Below are positions 48,913-57,712 of a DNA stretch of 64,000 nucleotides, piece by piece; position 1 is the first letter of the stretch, and every line of letters starts with the position of its first letter. Source of the stretch: an uncultured Alphaproteobacteria bacterium (GTDB lineage Bacteria; Pseudomonadota; Alphaproteobacteria; JAPOUT01; G958296285); contig OY282459.1 in assembly GCA_958296285.1 (NCBI GenBank), positions 258,367 through 322,366 of the forward strand. Reading direction: 5' to 3'. The translations under genes and the position numbers were made by a program. The notes under the pieces are model-generated. The model saw only the letters and a list, made by a program, of their open reading frames with translations. It had not been told where the DNA came from and did no database searches.

Positions 48913-49722
48913 TTAAGGCGCGCGGCGCGCGCTTCTGGCCGGGCGGGGCGGGCGCGGGGGGCGCTGTCGGCGCGGCGGGTGAGGGGGGCTGGGGCTTTTC
49001 AAGCGCTGCCGCATCGGCGTCACATTGCTTTTTTCGGCGCTCTTCTCCGCCGGATCGCGCAGCACATAGCCCCGCCCCCAGACTGTCTCAATATAATGCG
49101 CGCCGCCGGTCATCAAAGCGATCTTCTTGCGCAATTTGCAGACAAAGACGTCAATGATTTTAATGACAGGCTCGTCCATCCCGGCATAAAGATGCTCCAG
49201 CAAAAGCTCTTTCGTCAGAGTCGCGCCTTTGCGAAGGCAGAGAATCTCCAAAATCTGATATTCCTTGCGCGTGAGTCGGATGGGCGCGCCATCCACCTCC
49301 GCCTCGCGCCGCGCCAAATCCACGACGAGCCGCCCGGTGCGGACGCTGGGCGCGCTATAGCCATGGGCGCGGCGTATCACCGCCTTGAGACGCGCCAGCA
49401 ACTCATCTCTGGCGAAAGGCTTCGTCATATAGTCGTCCGCGCCGGTCATCAGTCCGCGCACCTTGTTCGTCACATCGGCATAGCCGGACAGAATGACGAG
49501 CGGCGCGTGCGTCTTCGCGCGGCGCAGACGGCGCAAGACTTCATGTCCGCTCATGTCAGGGAGATCCAAATCCAAAATCACGGCGTCATAATCATAGACG
49601 CGGCTCAGATCCAGCCCCTCCTCGCCGCTCCCTGCCGCATCCACGCTGAAGCGCTCGCGCTCCAGCAGAAGCGTGACGCTTCTGGAGGCGGCAAGATCGT
49701 CTTCAATCAGCAATATGCGCAT
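48913..49722 (-). CDS. ctrA: cell-cycle response regulator CtrA (with ~40-aa Pro/Arg-rich C-terminal extension)
   Basis: Near-identity to canonical CtrA blocks: MRILLIEDD..., YDYDAVILDLDLPDMSGHEVLRRLR, GADDYMTKPF, LTRKEYQILEILCLRKGATLTKE, PVIKIIDVFVCKLRKKIA, HIETVWGRGYVLRDP. Confidence 0.9.
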   Translation of the reverse strand: MRILLIEDDLAASRSVTLLLERERFSVDAAGSGEEGLDLSRVYDYDAVILDLDLPDMSGHEVLRRLRRAKTHAPLVILSGYADVTNKVRGLMTGADDYMTKPFARDELLARLKAVIRRAHGYSAPSVRTGRLVVDLARREAEVDGAPIRLTRKEYQILEILCLRKGATLTKELLLEHLYAGMDEPVIKIIDVFVCKLRKKIALMTGGAHYIETVWGRGYVLRDPAEKSAEKSNVTPMRQRLKSPSPPHPPRRQRPPRPPRPARSARRAP

Positions 49723-49831
49723 GGATAACCCGAATCACTTCTCTTTCTGAGAAAAAGCTTTGCGGAAAAGAGCGAAGGGGGTCAAGATGTTTTTGCGTCC
49801 ATCAAGCCAAAGAAGCCGAAGGCGAAAGATT

Positions 49832-50992
49832 ATGGAAGAGACTTTTCGCGATCTGCCGCCCCCGTCCGAAGCCGGGCCGATCGCGGTCGCGATGTCGGGA
49901 GGCGTGGATTCCTCCGCCGCCGCCGCTCTTTTGCGAGAGCGGGGCTATTCCCTGATCGGACTCTCGCTCCAACTTTATGATCAGAGCTTTTCCGGCAACA
50001 AGCCCTGCTGCGCCGGCCCCGCTCTGATGGAGGCGCGGCGCGCGGCGGCGAAACTTGGCATTCCGCATTATGTTTTGGATTATGAAAAGCGCTTCCGCGA
50101 CAGCGTCCTAAAGGATTTCGCCTCCTCCTATATGGAAGGGCGCACCCCTTCGCCCTGCATCCGCTGCAATGAGCGCGTGAAGTTCCGCGATCTGTTGGAT
50201 TTCGCCGGAGAGTTGGGGGCGGAGACGCTCGCCACCGGCCATTACGCCCGCCGCGTCAAAAAACGTCAGGGCTGGGAGATTTGGCGCGCCGCCGACAAAA
50301 ACCGCGATCAAAGCTATTTCCTCTGCATGACGACCAAAGCGCAGCTGGCGAGAATAGCCTTCCCTCTAGGCGGCATGACCAAAGACGAGACGCGCCGCTA
50401 TGCGCGGGCGAAGGGGCTTCAAGCCGCCGACAAGCCGGACAGCCAAGATCTCTGCTTCGTCCCGAAAGGGCGCTATTTTGAGACGGCGGAGAAGATGCGC
50501 CCGCAATCCTCGCGCTCCGGCGAGATTCTCCATCAGGACGGACGGCTTTTGGGGCGTCATGGCGGGATTCATCGCTTCACGCCCGGACAGCGCCGCATCG
50601 GGGTTTCCGATGGCCAGCCTCTTTATGTTTTGCGGATAGAGGCGGAGAAAGGGCGGGTTGTCGTCGGGCCGAAAGAGGCGCTCCGCCTTCGCCGCCTCGC
50701 TCTTCGGAATCTGAACTGGCTGGGAGAAGGCTCTCTGAGCGCCATGCGGGGAAAGAGCCGACAGATTCTGGCGCAAATCCGCGCCAGGGCGAAGCCCGCG
50801 CCGGCGGCCCTTCTGCCGCGCGCCGACGGTCATGCCCTCCTCACTTTCGCCGAAGAGCAGCCCGCATCCGCCGCGCCCGGACAGGCTTGCGTTTTTTATG
50901 AAAAAAGCGATAATCATCAGAGAATGCTGGGAGGAGGCTGGATCGCTTCCGAAGAGACGGCGGAGGCTGGAGATAAGGAACGAGAGGCATGA
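49832..50992 (+). CDS. mnmA: tRNA 2-thiouridine(34) synthase MnmA
   Basis: PP-loop AVAMSGGVDSSAAAALL. Catalytic Cys region (SPCIRCNERVKF). The start is most likely MEETF (49832). Confidence 0.9.
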   Translation: MEETFRDLPPPSEAGPIAVAMSGGVDSSAAAALLRERGYSLIGLSLQLYDQSFSGNKPCCAGPALMEARRAAAKLGIPHYVLDYEKRFRDSVLKDFASSYMEGRTPSPCIRCNERVKFRDLLDFAGELGAETLATGHYARRVKKRQGWEIWRAADKNRDQSYFLCMTTKAQLARIAFPLGGMTKDETRRYARAKGLQAADKPDSQDLCFVPKGRYFETAEKMRPQSSRSGEILHQDGRLLGRHGGIHRFTPGQRRIGVSDGQPLYVLRIEAEKGRVVVGPKEALRLRRLALRNLNWLGEGSLSAMRGKSRQILAQIRARAKPAPAALLPRADGHALLTFAEEQPASAAPGQACVFYEKSDNHQRMLGGGWIASEETAEAGDKEREA

Positions 50993-51693
50993 CGCAACCG
51001 CGAGATTCGGATTTTCGGAAGGATGACAGCCAAGTGCGCTTCCCGATGACGGCGCATGACGTCCGCAAAGCCTATCGGCGCTGGGCGCCTTTTTACGATT
51101 TTCTTTTCTCGCCCTTCGTGCTGCGGATGACGCATCATCAGGTGGCGAATCATGTGAATGGGGGGGCTGGCTCTGTTTTGGAGGTCGGCGTGGGGACGGG
51201 CTTCGCGCTTCCTCTTTACGAGACTCATTTGACGATCACCGGCGTGGATCTCTCGCCTGAGATGCTGGCGCGGGCGCGCCGCCGCGTGGAGAAGCGGGGG
51301 CTTGGCCACATTCATGAGCTTGCCGAGATGGACGCGACCGAACTTGCCTATCCCGACGGTCATTTTGACATGGTGGTGGCGGTGCATGTGATGTCGGTGG
51401 TTCCTGATCCCTGCCGCGTTTTTCGGGAGTTGGAGCGGGTCTGCAAGCCTGGGGGCGAGGTGATCATCGTCAATCATTTTCAGAGGGAGAAGCGCGATGT
51501 GATCGGCTTTATGGAGCGGGCGATCGCGCCTTTGTCGCGTTATTTGGGCTGGCATCCTGACATGCCGATCGCGATTTTCAACAAGCCTGGGCAGCTTTTG
51601 CTGTTGAAGGAGAAGCGGACGTTGAAACCTTTTGGTCTTTTCACGATGCTGCTTTTCAAGAAGCCTCTGTCGGCGGTTGGCGCGGCGGAGTAG
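50989..51693 (+). CDS. class I SAM-dependent methyltransferase (small, PmtA-like)
   Basis: SAM motif VLEVGVGTGFALP and motif II DMVVAVHVM. 4-nt overlap with mnmA. The stop overlaps the tRNA-Met 5' end by ~10 nt. Confidence 0.7.
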   Translation: MTQPRDSDFRKDDSQVRFPMTAHDVRKAYRRWAPFYDFLFSPFVLRMTHHQVANHVNGGAGSVLEVGVGTGFALPLYETHLTITGVDLSPEMLARARRRVEKRGLGHIHELAEMDATELAYPDGHFDMVVAVHVMSVVPDPCRVFRELERVCKPGGEVIIVNHFQREKRDVIGFMERAIAPLSRYLGWHPDMPIAIFNKPGQLLLLKEKRTLKPFGLFTMLLFKKPLSAVGAAE

Positions 51694-51760
51694 CTCAGTT
51701 GGTTAGAGCAGCGGAATCATAATCCGCGTGTCGGGGGTTCGAGTCCCTCCTCCGCTACCA
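51684..51760 (+). tRNA. tRNA-Met (anticodon CAU; elongator Met or tRNA-Ile2(k2C) not distinguishable by eye)
   Basis: GGCGGAGTAGCTCAGTTGGTTAGAGCAGCGGAATCATAATCCGCGTGTCGGGGGTTCGAGTCCCTCCTCCGCTACCA. Anticodon loop ATCATAA. CCA encoded. Confidence 0.85.
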
Positions 51761-51778
51761 GAACGCAATGGAGGCAGC

Positions 51779-52483
51779 ATGGCGCAGACGACCACTATCA
51801 AGAAGCATAATGAAGACAGGATTCGCCGCGCCAAAAGTTGGCTCAAAAGGGCGAAAGAGTGGCGCAACGAGAATCCCAATATGAAGGATGGTTCGGATGA
51901 AGAGTTTCTTTTTTTGTGGATCGCCTTCAACGCCGCTTATGGCTCTCTCGCCGGTCCGGAGGATAGCGAGAAAGAGTGGAAGTGTTGGAGAGGTTTTATA
52001 GAAAAAGTGATGAATATAGACTCATCAAGAATCTTGAAGGCTTTGTCCGCAACAGAACAGCTAAGTATCATGGAGATGAAAGCCGCAAGGCCCATAGATG
52101 AGCTGCTGAAAAACCCATATGTTTATGCGGGACTCTGGCAAAAGTTAAGAACGGGAAAACCTTGGTTCAAAGACATGGAAGACAAAAACAAGACAGCTAA
52201 AGAAAGTCGGCTCAAGGGAAATTGGAAAGGATTCGTCATTGAAATTCTGTATCGTCTTTACACGCTTCGCCATCAAATTGTCCATGGCGGGAAAACTTAC
52301 GGCAATTCAATCGATTCAAGCTGGGGCGCGAAGCAGCTCCAAGACGGATGCAAGATTATGAGGAACCTTGTTCCTGCCATTGTTGAGATTATAGAGAAAG
52401 ACATTAAAGAGAATCCAGCCACGCCAAGATGGGGCAAGATTGGCTATCCGCGCTTCCGCAAAACGCCCGATCCCGATCAATAA
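51779..52483 (+). CDS. hypothetical protein with HEPN-like Rx4HGG motif (low-GC islet gene 1)
   Basis: Start taken at MAQTTTIKKH (upstream Mets overlap the tRNA). Contains ILYRLYTLRHQIVHGGK (R-x4-H followed by GG). Lys/Glu/Trp-rich. Local GC ~45% against ~63% flanks. Confidence 0.45.
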   Translation: MAQTTTIKKHNEDRIRRAKSWLKRAKEWRNENPNMKDGSDEEFLFLWIAFNAAYGSLAGPEDSEKEWKCWRGFIEKVMNIDSSRILKALSATEQLSIMEMKAARPIDELLKNPYVYAGLWQKLRTGKPWFKDMEDKNKTAKESRLKGNWKGFVIEILYRLYTLRHQIVHGGKTYGNSIDSSWGAKQLQDGCKIMRNLVPAIVEIIEKDIKENPATPRWGKIGYPRFRKTPDPDQ

Positions 52484-53178
52484 ATATAAGGAAACACCCG
52501 CCACGGCACGCGCTTCTTATAATCAGCATAACCTTTGAGATTTTTCTCCAAAAATCGCTCCTCATAGCCAATCCGCCAAAGAAACATCGCGCAAAGAACG
52601 CCCATCGTCAGCGAGAAAATCCACTGCTGCACAATCAGCGCCCAGCCCGGAAAAACGATCAGCGCCGCCAAATACATCGGATGGCGAACATGGCGGTAAA
52701 GACCGTCCGAAACGACCCGCTGCCCCTCATGCTTGATCACGACAAGGCTGGAAAAAGCGTTCTGAAACATCGCCGCCGCGAAAATCCCCAATCCCAGCGC
52801 GAAAAGACAAACCCCCAAAAGAAGAGGAACCGTCTCAAAATCGCCGTCCGCCAAATAGGCGGAGGCGTAAAAGCCTCCGTAAAAAACCACGGAGAAAAGG
52901 GCGAGAAAGATTTTATCCCCGAAAGGCTGATCGCCAGAGGCGATCTTCATGCGACTCAACAGATAGTCGGGACGCCAAAAGGCAAGATAGAAAATGAACG
53001 GCGCCGGCAGAATGACCAGCATCACATAGGTGATGAGATAGGGGACATGAAAATCGCCGCCCGCCAAGAAAAAAGGAATGACGCCGTAAAGGATCGCCGC
53101 CATCAGCACCGCGCCCAAAGCCAAAAGAGTGGAGCGAAGATAAGTCATCTTCAACATTATATCCTTTACTCGGGGCAA
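52477..53178 (-). CDS. isoprenylcysteine carboxyl methyltransferase (ICMT/PEMT)-family membrane methyltransferase
   Basis: 5-6 TM helices. C-terminal ICMT-family signature ...RVVSDGLYRHVRHPMYLAALIVFPGWALI...EERFLEKNLKGYADYKKRVP. Lies immediately downstream of, and overlaps, the AIPR gene on the same strand. Confidence 0.7.
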   Translation of the reverse strand: MPRVKDIMLKMTYLRSTLLALGAVLMAAILYGVIPFFLAGGDFHVPYLITYVMLVILPAPFIFYLAFWRPDYLLSRMKIASGDQPFGDKIFLALFSVVFYGGFYASAYLADGDFETVPLLLGVCLFALGLGIFAAAMFQNAFSSLVVIKHEGQRVVSDGLYRHVRHPMYLAALIVFPGWALIVQQWIFSLTMGVLCAMFLWRIGYEERFLEKNLKGYADYKKRVPWRVFPYIY

Positions 53179-55400
53179 GATACAATGCCATCAACAAGGC
53201 TTTTGTGTTGCACGGCATGTTTGGCCCACGCAAACGCCGCAAGATAGTCTGCTCCCTTTTGAAGATTTTGATCCCAAGAATCTATTATTTCAAATACTTG
53301 AATCCGAGTTTTAACGTTATAGACCATTCTCGTCCTTGATGTTGTTTGATGGTAGAGTTCCTTCCAACTGCCACCCGCCAATTGTTCGATTATATTGCAG
53401 AACATAGACCAACTCTTCCCCACCAAATGATTCTCTTCAAATTTTCCATCCTTCACCGCCTCCGAGATGAGTGTGGCATCCATGCTTGTTTTCAATCTCT
53501 GGAGGTCTGTCTTTTCAAGAAGATTCGGAAAAATCCGATACAGGCCTTTCCCGTATTTTTTGAATAAAAGGTATCCCACCATCTCAACGTATATATACAT
53601 GGCTGTATTCTTAACTACTCCAGCCAAATATTCTGATTCTTTCATCAAGAGGGTAGCCTTTTCTTCTGGTGTTATCCTCGTGCTCGTGATCCCCAACTTT
53701 TTTTCCATATGCTTCCGATGGTCCTGGTTGGATGGAGTCAGCTGTTTCGCAGCTTTACTCAGCAAATAAGCAGTTAGCAGAGCTTGGTGCGGGGGAGATT
53801 GAGGCTCAAAGTCCTCCTTGATCCGCCTAGGGTCGTATTTCAATCTATAATCTCCACCTTCCTGAAGGGAATGCTGCTCGGGTCGCCTCTCAAACACGGT
53901 CTTATAGTAGTCATGCGTATCTACAAAAATTCTCTTTTTGTCATGCATAGCCTCGCTAGAAAACCCTATGAACGCTAACCAGGCTTCAGCGACGTGACTA
54001 TTCTCGGCGACCCGATATTTTCTCCTTCTTGCATCGTGAGACGTTTGTATTGCGAAATGCTGTGGTTTCTTCCCTGGCAGAGTGGGCCAGTCCTCGGACT
54101 CTCTGAAAGCTTCCCATGCGAATTCTTTCCTCTCATAAAACCAGCCTTCTTTAGCAAAGTCCTTTTCTAGAGCTTTTTGCTCCTCCTCATTTGATTTAAG
54201 ATTCCGGGGATCCATCACATTCTGAGTGTTGGTAGCAATGATGAGCTCCCCTACATCCTCAACAGCCCCTTTCTCGAATGCTCGCACCAAAACGTAACAT
54301 TCTTTCTCAAAAATCTTCTTCAACTCAGAGCCCATGTCCTTATAGGTTTCGGAAAGTGTTGTGATCGTCTGCAACCCGTTCACGATGCCAGGCTTAACAA
54401 AGGTTGCGCAGCCAGGCTTACCACGATCGGAAGGTTTAGCGGAAACAGACTCAGCAAGAATCGTCAACCCGTTATTCAGCAGGTGAAACTTCTTGATCCC
54501 TTTTTCTGTTTGAATCTGATCCTCTATTTTCTTATTGACCGCCGATTTAGAGATCGCGCAGCGAACATTGTCTTCAAATATACGCTGTCCAAAATCTTCG
54601 TATCCGTTTATGAGGTCATAGGCCTTCGCGAAGAAAACCTTGAACCCCTCATCATCTATCACATCCCCACGGATAGCAACCGTAATCCTATCCCTTTTAT
54701 CGCCGCCTCGGTCACGCCAACCAAAATTTCCTAAAGCCCATTGCGCTTCTAACAGCCTATCAATGCCGAGGATTTTGAACTCAACAGAACATTCAACGCC
54801 ATTTACGGTCAGATTTTTTGAGGACTGTTGAATTTCCCGAAACATTTCTTTTGCTTGGTCAGTTAAACCTGAGCCAGAAAGAATGAGTGAGATATCTATT
54901 TTATAGACGTCTTGGATTTCTCCACCATCCCCACCTTGACGCCTAAATTTTCGCAACTCGGATAATAAAGTCTGCTGAAAGCCCCGAATACTGTGATTCT
55001 GCTCTCTCTTCGCTTTATGAGCTGTATTCAAATAATTGAGAATACTGTTTATATCACCAAGATTTTTACGGTCATGCTTCTCTTTCCAGATATCCAAAAT
55101 ATCCGCGTCTCGCCCTTTGCATTGAAAAATCTCCACCTTTCCAGGCTTAAAAGCATAGAAATCAATGCCTCTATCACCTGGGCCGTCGGACATATCGGAA
55201 TTGTCAGCACTTTCTCTATCGTCATAGCCAAGGCACTCTAGCGCGACAATTTTAAAGGCTTCTGGATATGAGAGATCGTCCGTATTCATTGCTTCACGGA
55301 TTCTCTCCGAGAGCTCCTGCAATAGATTGCTGCGCTGGTTTTCAGGAAAAGCGCTGTTTCTGTTGGCGTGTCCTTTGCTCAACTTAACCTCCTCTGACAA
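53166..55400 (-). CDS. AIPR-family (abortive-infection phage-resistance-like) protein, 744 aa
   Basis: Contains the AIPR hallmark NGxQT twice (LLNNGLTIL and GIVNGLQTITTL). Large, Lys/Glu-rich. GC ~42%. Low-GC islet next to tRNA-Met. Confidence 0.65.
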   Translation of the reverse strand: MSEEVKLSKGHANRNSAFPENQRSNLLQELSERIREAMNTDDLSYPEAFKIVALECLGYDDRESADNSDMSDGPGDRGIDFYAFKPGKVEIFQCKGRDADILDIWKEKHDRKNLGDINSILNYLNTAHKAKREQNHSIRGFQQTLLSELRKFRRQGGDGGEIQDVYKIDISLILSGSGLTDQAKEMFREIQQSSKNLTVNGVECSVEFKILGIDRLLEAQWALGNFGWRDRGGDKRDRITVAIRGDVIDDEGFKVFFAKAYDLINGYEDFGQRIFEDNVRCAISKSAVNKKIEDQIQTEKGIKKFHLLNNGLTILAESVSAKPSDRGKPGCATFVKPGIVNGLQTITTLSETYKDMGSELKKIFEKECYVLVRAFEKGAVEDVGELIIATNTQNVMDPRNLKSNEEEQKALEKDFAKEGWFYERKEFAWEAFRESEDWPTLPGKKPQHFAIQTSHDARRRKYRVAENSHVAEAWLAFIGFSSEAMHDKKRIFVDTHDYYKTVFERRPEQHSLQEGGDYRLKYDPRRIKEDFEPQSPPHQALLTAYLLSKAAKQLTPSNQDHRKHMEKKLGITSTRITPEEKATLLMKESEYLAGVVKNTAMYIYVEMVGYLLFKKYGKGLYRIFPNLLEKTDLQRLKTSMDATLISEAVKDGKFEENHLVGKSWSMFCNIIEQLAGGSWKELYHQTTSRTRMVYNVKTRIQVFEIIDSWDQNLQKGADYLAAFAWAKHAVQHKSLVDGIVSCPE

Positions 55401-55431
55401 TTGTCCTGCTGTCCAAAATTGTAAAGTTGCG

Positions 55432-56520
55432 TCAGGGCGTCAGGACGACGCGCCCCATCACTTTGCCGGCGCGGAGATCCTCCAACGCCGCGTTGGCTTT
55501 ATCCAACGGCCTCGTCTCTATCGGAATCGGGCTTATCTTGCCCGCCTTGACGAGCGCCAGCATCTCCTTCGTGTCGTCATAAGAGCCGACAAAAGACCCC
55601 GCCATGAAAAAAGCCCGCAGCGGAAACATCGGCAGAGGCATCTGAAACGCGCCGCCGAAAAGACCGACCAAAACCACGCCGCCTCCGCGCCTGACCGCGC
55701 CATTGGCGGCGGCGGCGGACTCTTCCGACCCTACGAAATCCACGACCCCGGCCACCCCGCCTTCCGTCAGCGTCATGATTTTCCCCAAAGCGTCCTGCTC
55801 TTTGAGATTGAAAACTTCCGCCGCGCCCGCGCCCATCGCGGCTTGCAGTTTCTGCTCATCCACATCGGCGACAAAAGGGGCTTTGTCAAAAAGAGCGGCG
55901 GCGAATTGCAGACCCATCATGCCGACCCCTCCCATGCCGATCAGAAGAATCTGCTCCTCTCCGACAAGGCGCTTGAGTTTCTTGATCGCGCCATAAGCCG
56001 TGATACCGGAACACATATAGGTCGCCGCCAAGCCGGGGGCGATGCCTTCGCTGTCCAAGACATATTTCTCATGCGGCACAAGGCAGTGAGTCGAGAAGCC
56101 GCCGCCCCAATTGACTCCCAGCACGCGCCCCATCGGACATAAATGCTCCTCGCCGCGCGCGCAAATGGAGCATTCGCCGCAGCCGATCCAAGGATAAAGA
56201 ACGCCGTGATCGCCGACTTTGACCGACTTTACGTCAGGGCCGACGGCAGAGACATTTCCCTCAATCTCATGCCCCAAAATATGCGGCAGATCGCGCATCG
56301 TCAGATCCAGCTTCTCCTCCCCGCCCAGCGAGAAATAGCCGTCATGGATATGGACGTCCGAATGGCAGACCCCGGCATGGGTGACCTCCATCAAGACTTG
56401 CGCGCCTTCGGGCTTTGGCGTTTCCAGTTCCACGCCCTCCAGAGGCGCGCCGAATTTCGTGATGGCTTGGCTTTGCATGGGTTCCCTCCTCCAAGATTGA
56501 CGGGTTTTATTCTGCCACAA
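55432..56520 (-). CDS. zinc-dependent alcohol dehydrogenase (MDR family)
   Basis: GroES-like domain with Zn ligands (HAGVCHSDVHIHDG..., CGECSICARGEEHLC). Rossmann GMGGVGMMGLQFAAA. Confidence 0.85.
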   Translation of the reverse strand: MWQNKTRQSWRREPMQSQAITKFGAPLEGVELETPKPEGAQVLMEVTHAGVCHSDVHIHDGYFSLGGEEKLDLTMRDLPHILGHEIEGNVSAVGPDVKSVKVGDHGVLYPWIGCGECSICARGEEHLCPMGRVLGVNWGGGFSTHCLVPHEKYVLDSEGIAPGLAATYMCSGITAYGAIKKLKRLVGEEQILLIGMGGVGMMGLQFAAALFDKAPFVADVDEQKLQAAMGAGAAEVFNLKEQDALGKIMTLTEGGVAGVVDFVGSEESAAAANGAVRRGGGVVLVGLFGGAFQMPLPMFPLRAFFMAGSFVGSYDDTKEMLALVKAGKISPIPIETRPLDKANAALEDLRAGKVMGRVVLTP

Positions 56521-56543
56521 AAGACAGGGTTTGATGACGAGAA

Positions 56544-57467
56544 TTATCGCGCCCTATGCACCAAAACTTCCTCTTCCCGATTCGGCAAGCCGCGCGCGCT
56601 CTTGACGAATCCTTTCGGCACGCGGACAGTAAGAGGGCTTCCGGCGACAGAGAGGCAAAGATTGGTGTTGTTGTCCTCATCCCGCCTGTCGCCGATGGCG
56701 CTAGGCGCGGCGTCAAAGGGGCCATCGGACGACCCCGCCGCCGCCCCTGCCGCCGCCGCTCCTGCCTCCGCCGCCGCCGCGCTGTCGCCGCGCATATTGA
56801 CGAAGGTCGCGCTCCAATCTTGCGGATCGGAGACGGCGCGCGACCAAGTGAGGCGGAGCGCCGCTTTCGCCGCGCTTGGACAGTCGCTGCCGCCGCTCTC
56901 GCGCTCGGCGGGCGCGATCAGTTCGGCATAGACCAGAGACGGCGCTTCGTCCAACAGCGCCACGCCGTCATAGGACAAGCCGCGCATGTCGTAGATCACA
57001 TTGTCCAGATTGGGTTCGGTCGTCAGCGAGCCGACCACGCGCGCTTTGAGCGGCGGATCAAAGACGGCGCTGCCGAAATCGCCTAAGAGGAAGATTGTGC
57101 GATCTTCATTTTCCTCGTCTGACGGGCTGGTTGTCAGGCAGAAGGGCGTTTTTTTGACGCCTGAGCGAGTCGTGATGGCGAAGTCTTCGGGATCCAGGCT
57201 GGATTCCTCTATTTCGTGGGTGAAGACGAGGGCGATTCTGTCCATGCGTCCGGCTTTGGCGCAGAGGAGTCGCGTCCAGAGATTGGACCAGGGGACGGGC
57301 TTGTCGTCCATCTCGTGGGCGGCGGAGAGAAGACGCGGACGCGCCCGCTCCACGGCTTCGGCGCTTGGCGGCAAGGCTGTCCAAAGAAGCGCCAGGGCCG
57401 CGAGCGCCAGGGCGGCGAGCGCGAGGAGGGCGGGGAGGTTTTTTTTTCGGGCGGCGGTTGGTTTCAT
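56544..57467 (-). CDS. hypothetical secreted protein
   Basis: Signal peptide (LPALLALAALALAALALLWTALP). No recognisable motif. Last gene of the msrA operon (4-nt overlaps). Confidence 0.45.
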   Translation of the reverse strand: MKPTAARKKNLPALLALAALALAALALLWTALPPSAEAVERARPRLLSAAHEMDDKPVPWSNLWTRLLCAKAGRMDRIALVFTHEIEESSLDPEDFAITTRSGVKKTPFCLTTSPSDEENEDRTIFLLGDFGSAVFDPPLKARVVGSLTTEPNLDNVIYDMRGLSYDGVALLDEAPSLVYAELIAPAERESGGSDCPSAAKAALRLTWSRAVSDPQDWSATFVNMRGDSAAAAEAGAAAAGAAAGSSDGPFDAAPSAIGDRRDEDNNTNLCLSVAGSPLTVRVPKGFVKSARGLPNREEEVLVHRAR

Positions 57468-57712
57468 GTGTCGTCTTTTCGCACGAAGGTGACGGCGTAG
57501 TGGATTCGTCCTTCTAGGAGGGGTTTGGGTTCGCCGAGTCCGTCGGTCAGGAAGAATTTGCGCGGCGTCACGCGCCCTTCGAGGCGGTAGCCGCGCTCGT
57601 GCATTTTGCGGCGATGGAATTCCATCGCGGCGGGCGTGAAATCGGTCGAGAGGACTGTGATTCTTTCGGGGAGCGCGGTTTGGCTTTTGTCGTTTTTGGT
57701 TTTGTCGTTCAT
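57464..57712 (-). CDS. small hypothetical protein (82 aa)
   Basis: ATGA-type overlaps with both neighbours indicate translational coupling inside the msrA operon. No recognisable motif. Confidence 0.4.
   Translation of the reverse strand: MNDKTKNDKSQTALPERITVLSTDFTPAAMEFHRRKMHERGYRLEGRVTPRKFFLTDGLGEPKPLLEGRIHYAVTFVRKDDT

Noticed and set aside
51728-51778. Longer N-terminus (MSGVRVPPPLPERNGGS) for the HEPN-like protein
   Set aside because: This part of the ORF overlaps the tRNA-Met gene and is high-GC tRNA sequence. The composition changes abruptly at MAQTTT, which is the likelier start.
55380-55440. Possible attR (direct repeat of the tRNA-Met 3' end) at the right border of the low-GC islet
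   Set aside because: Only a 7-9 nt similarity (CCTCCTC) is present. This is too short to call. No integrase is present to support a site-specific insertion.
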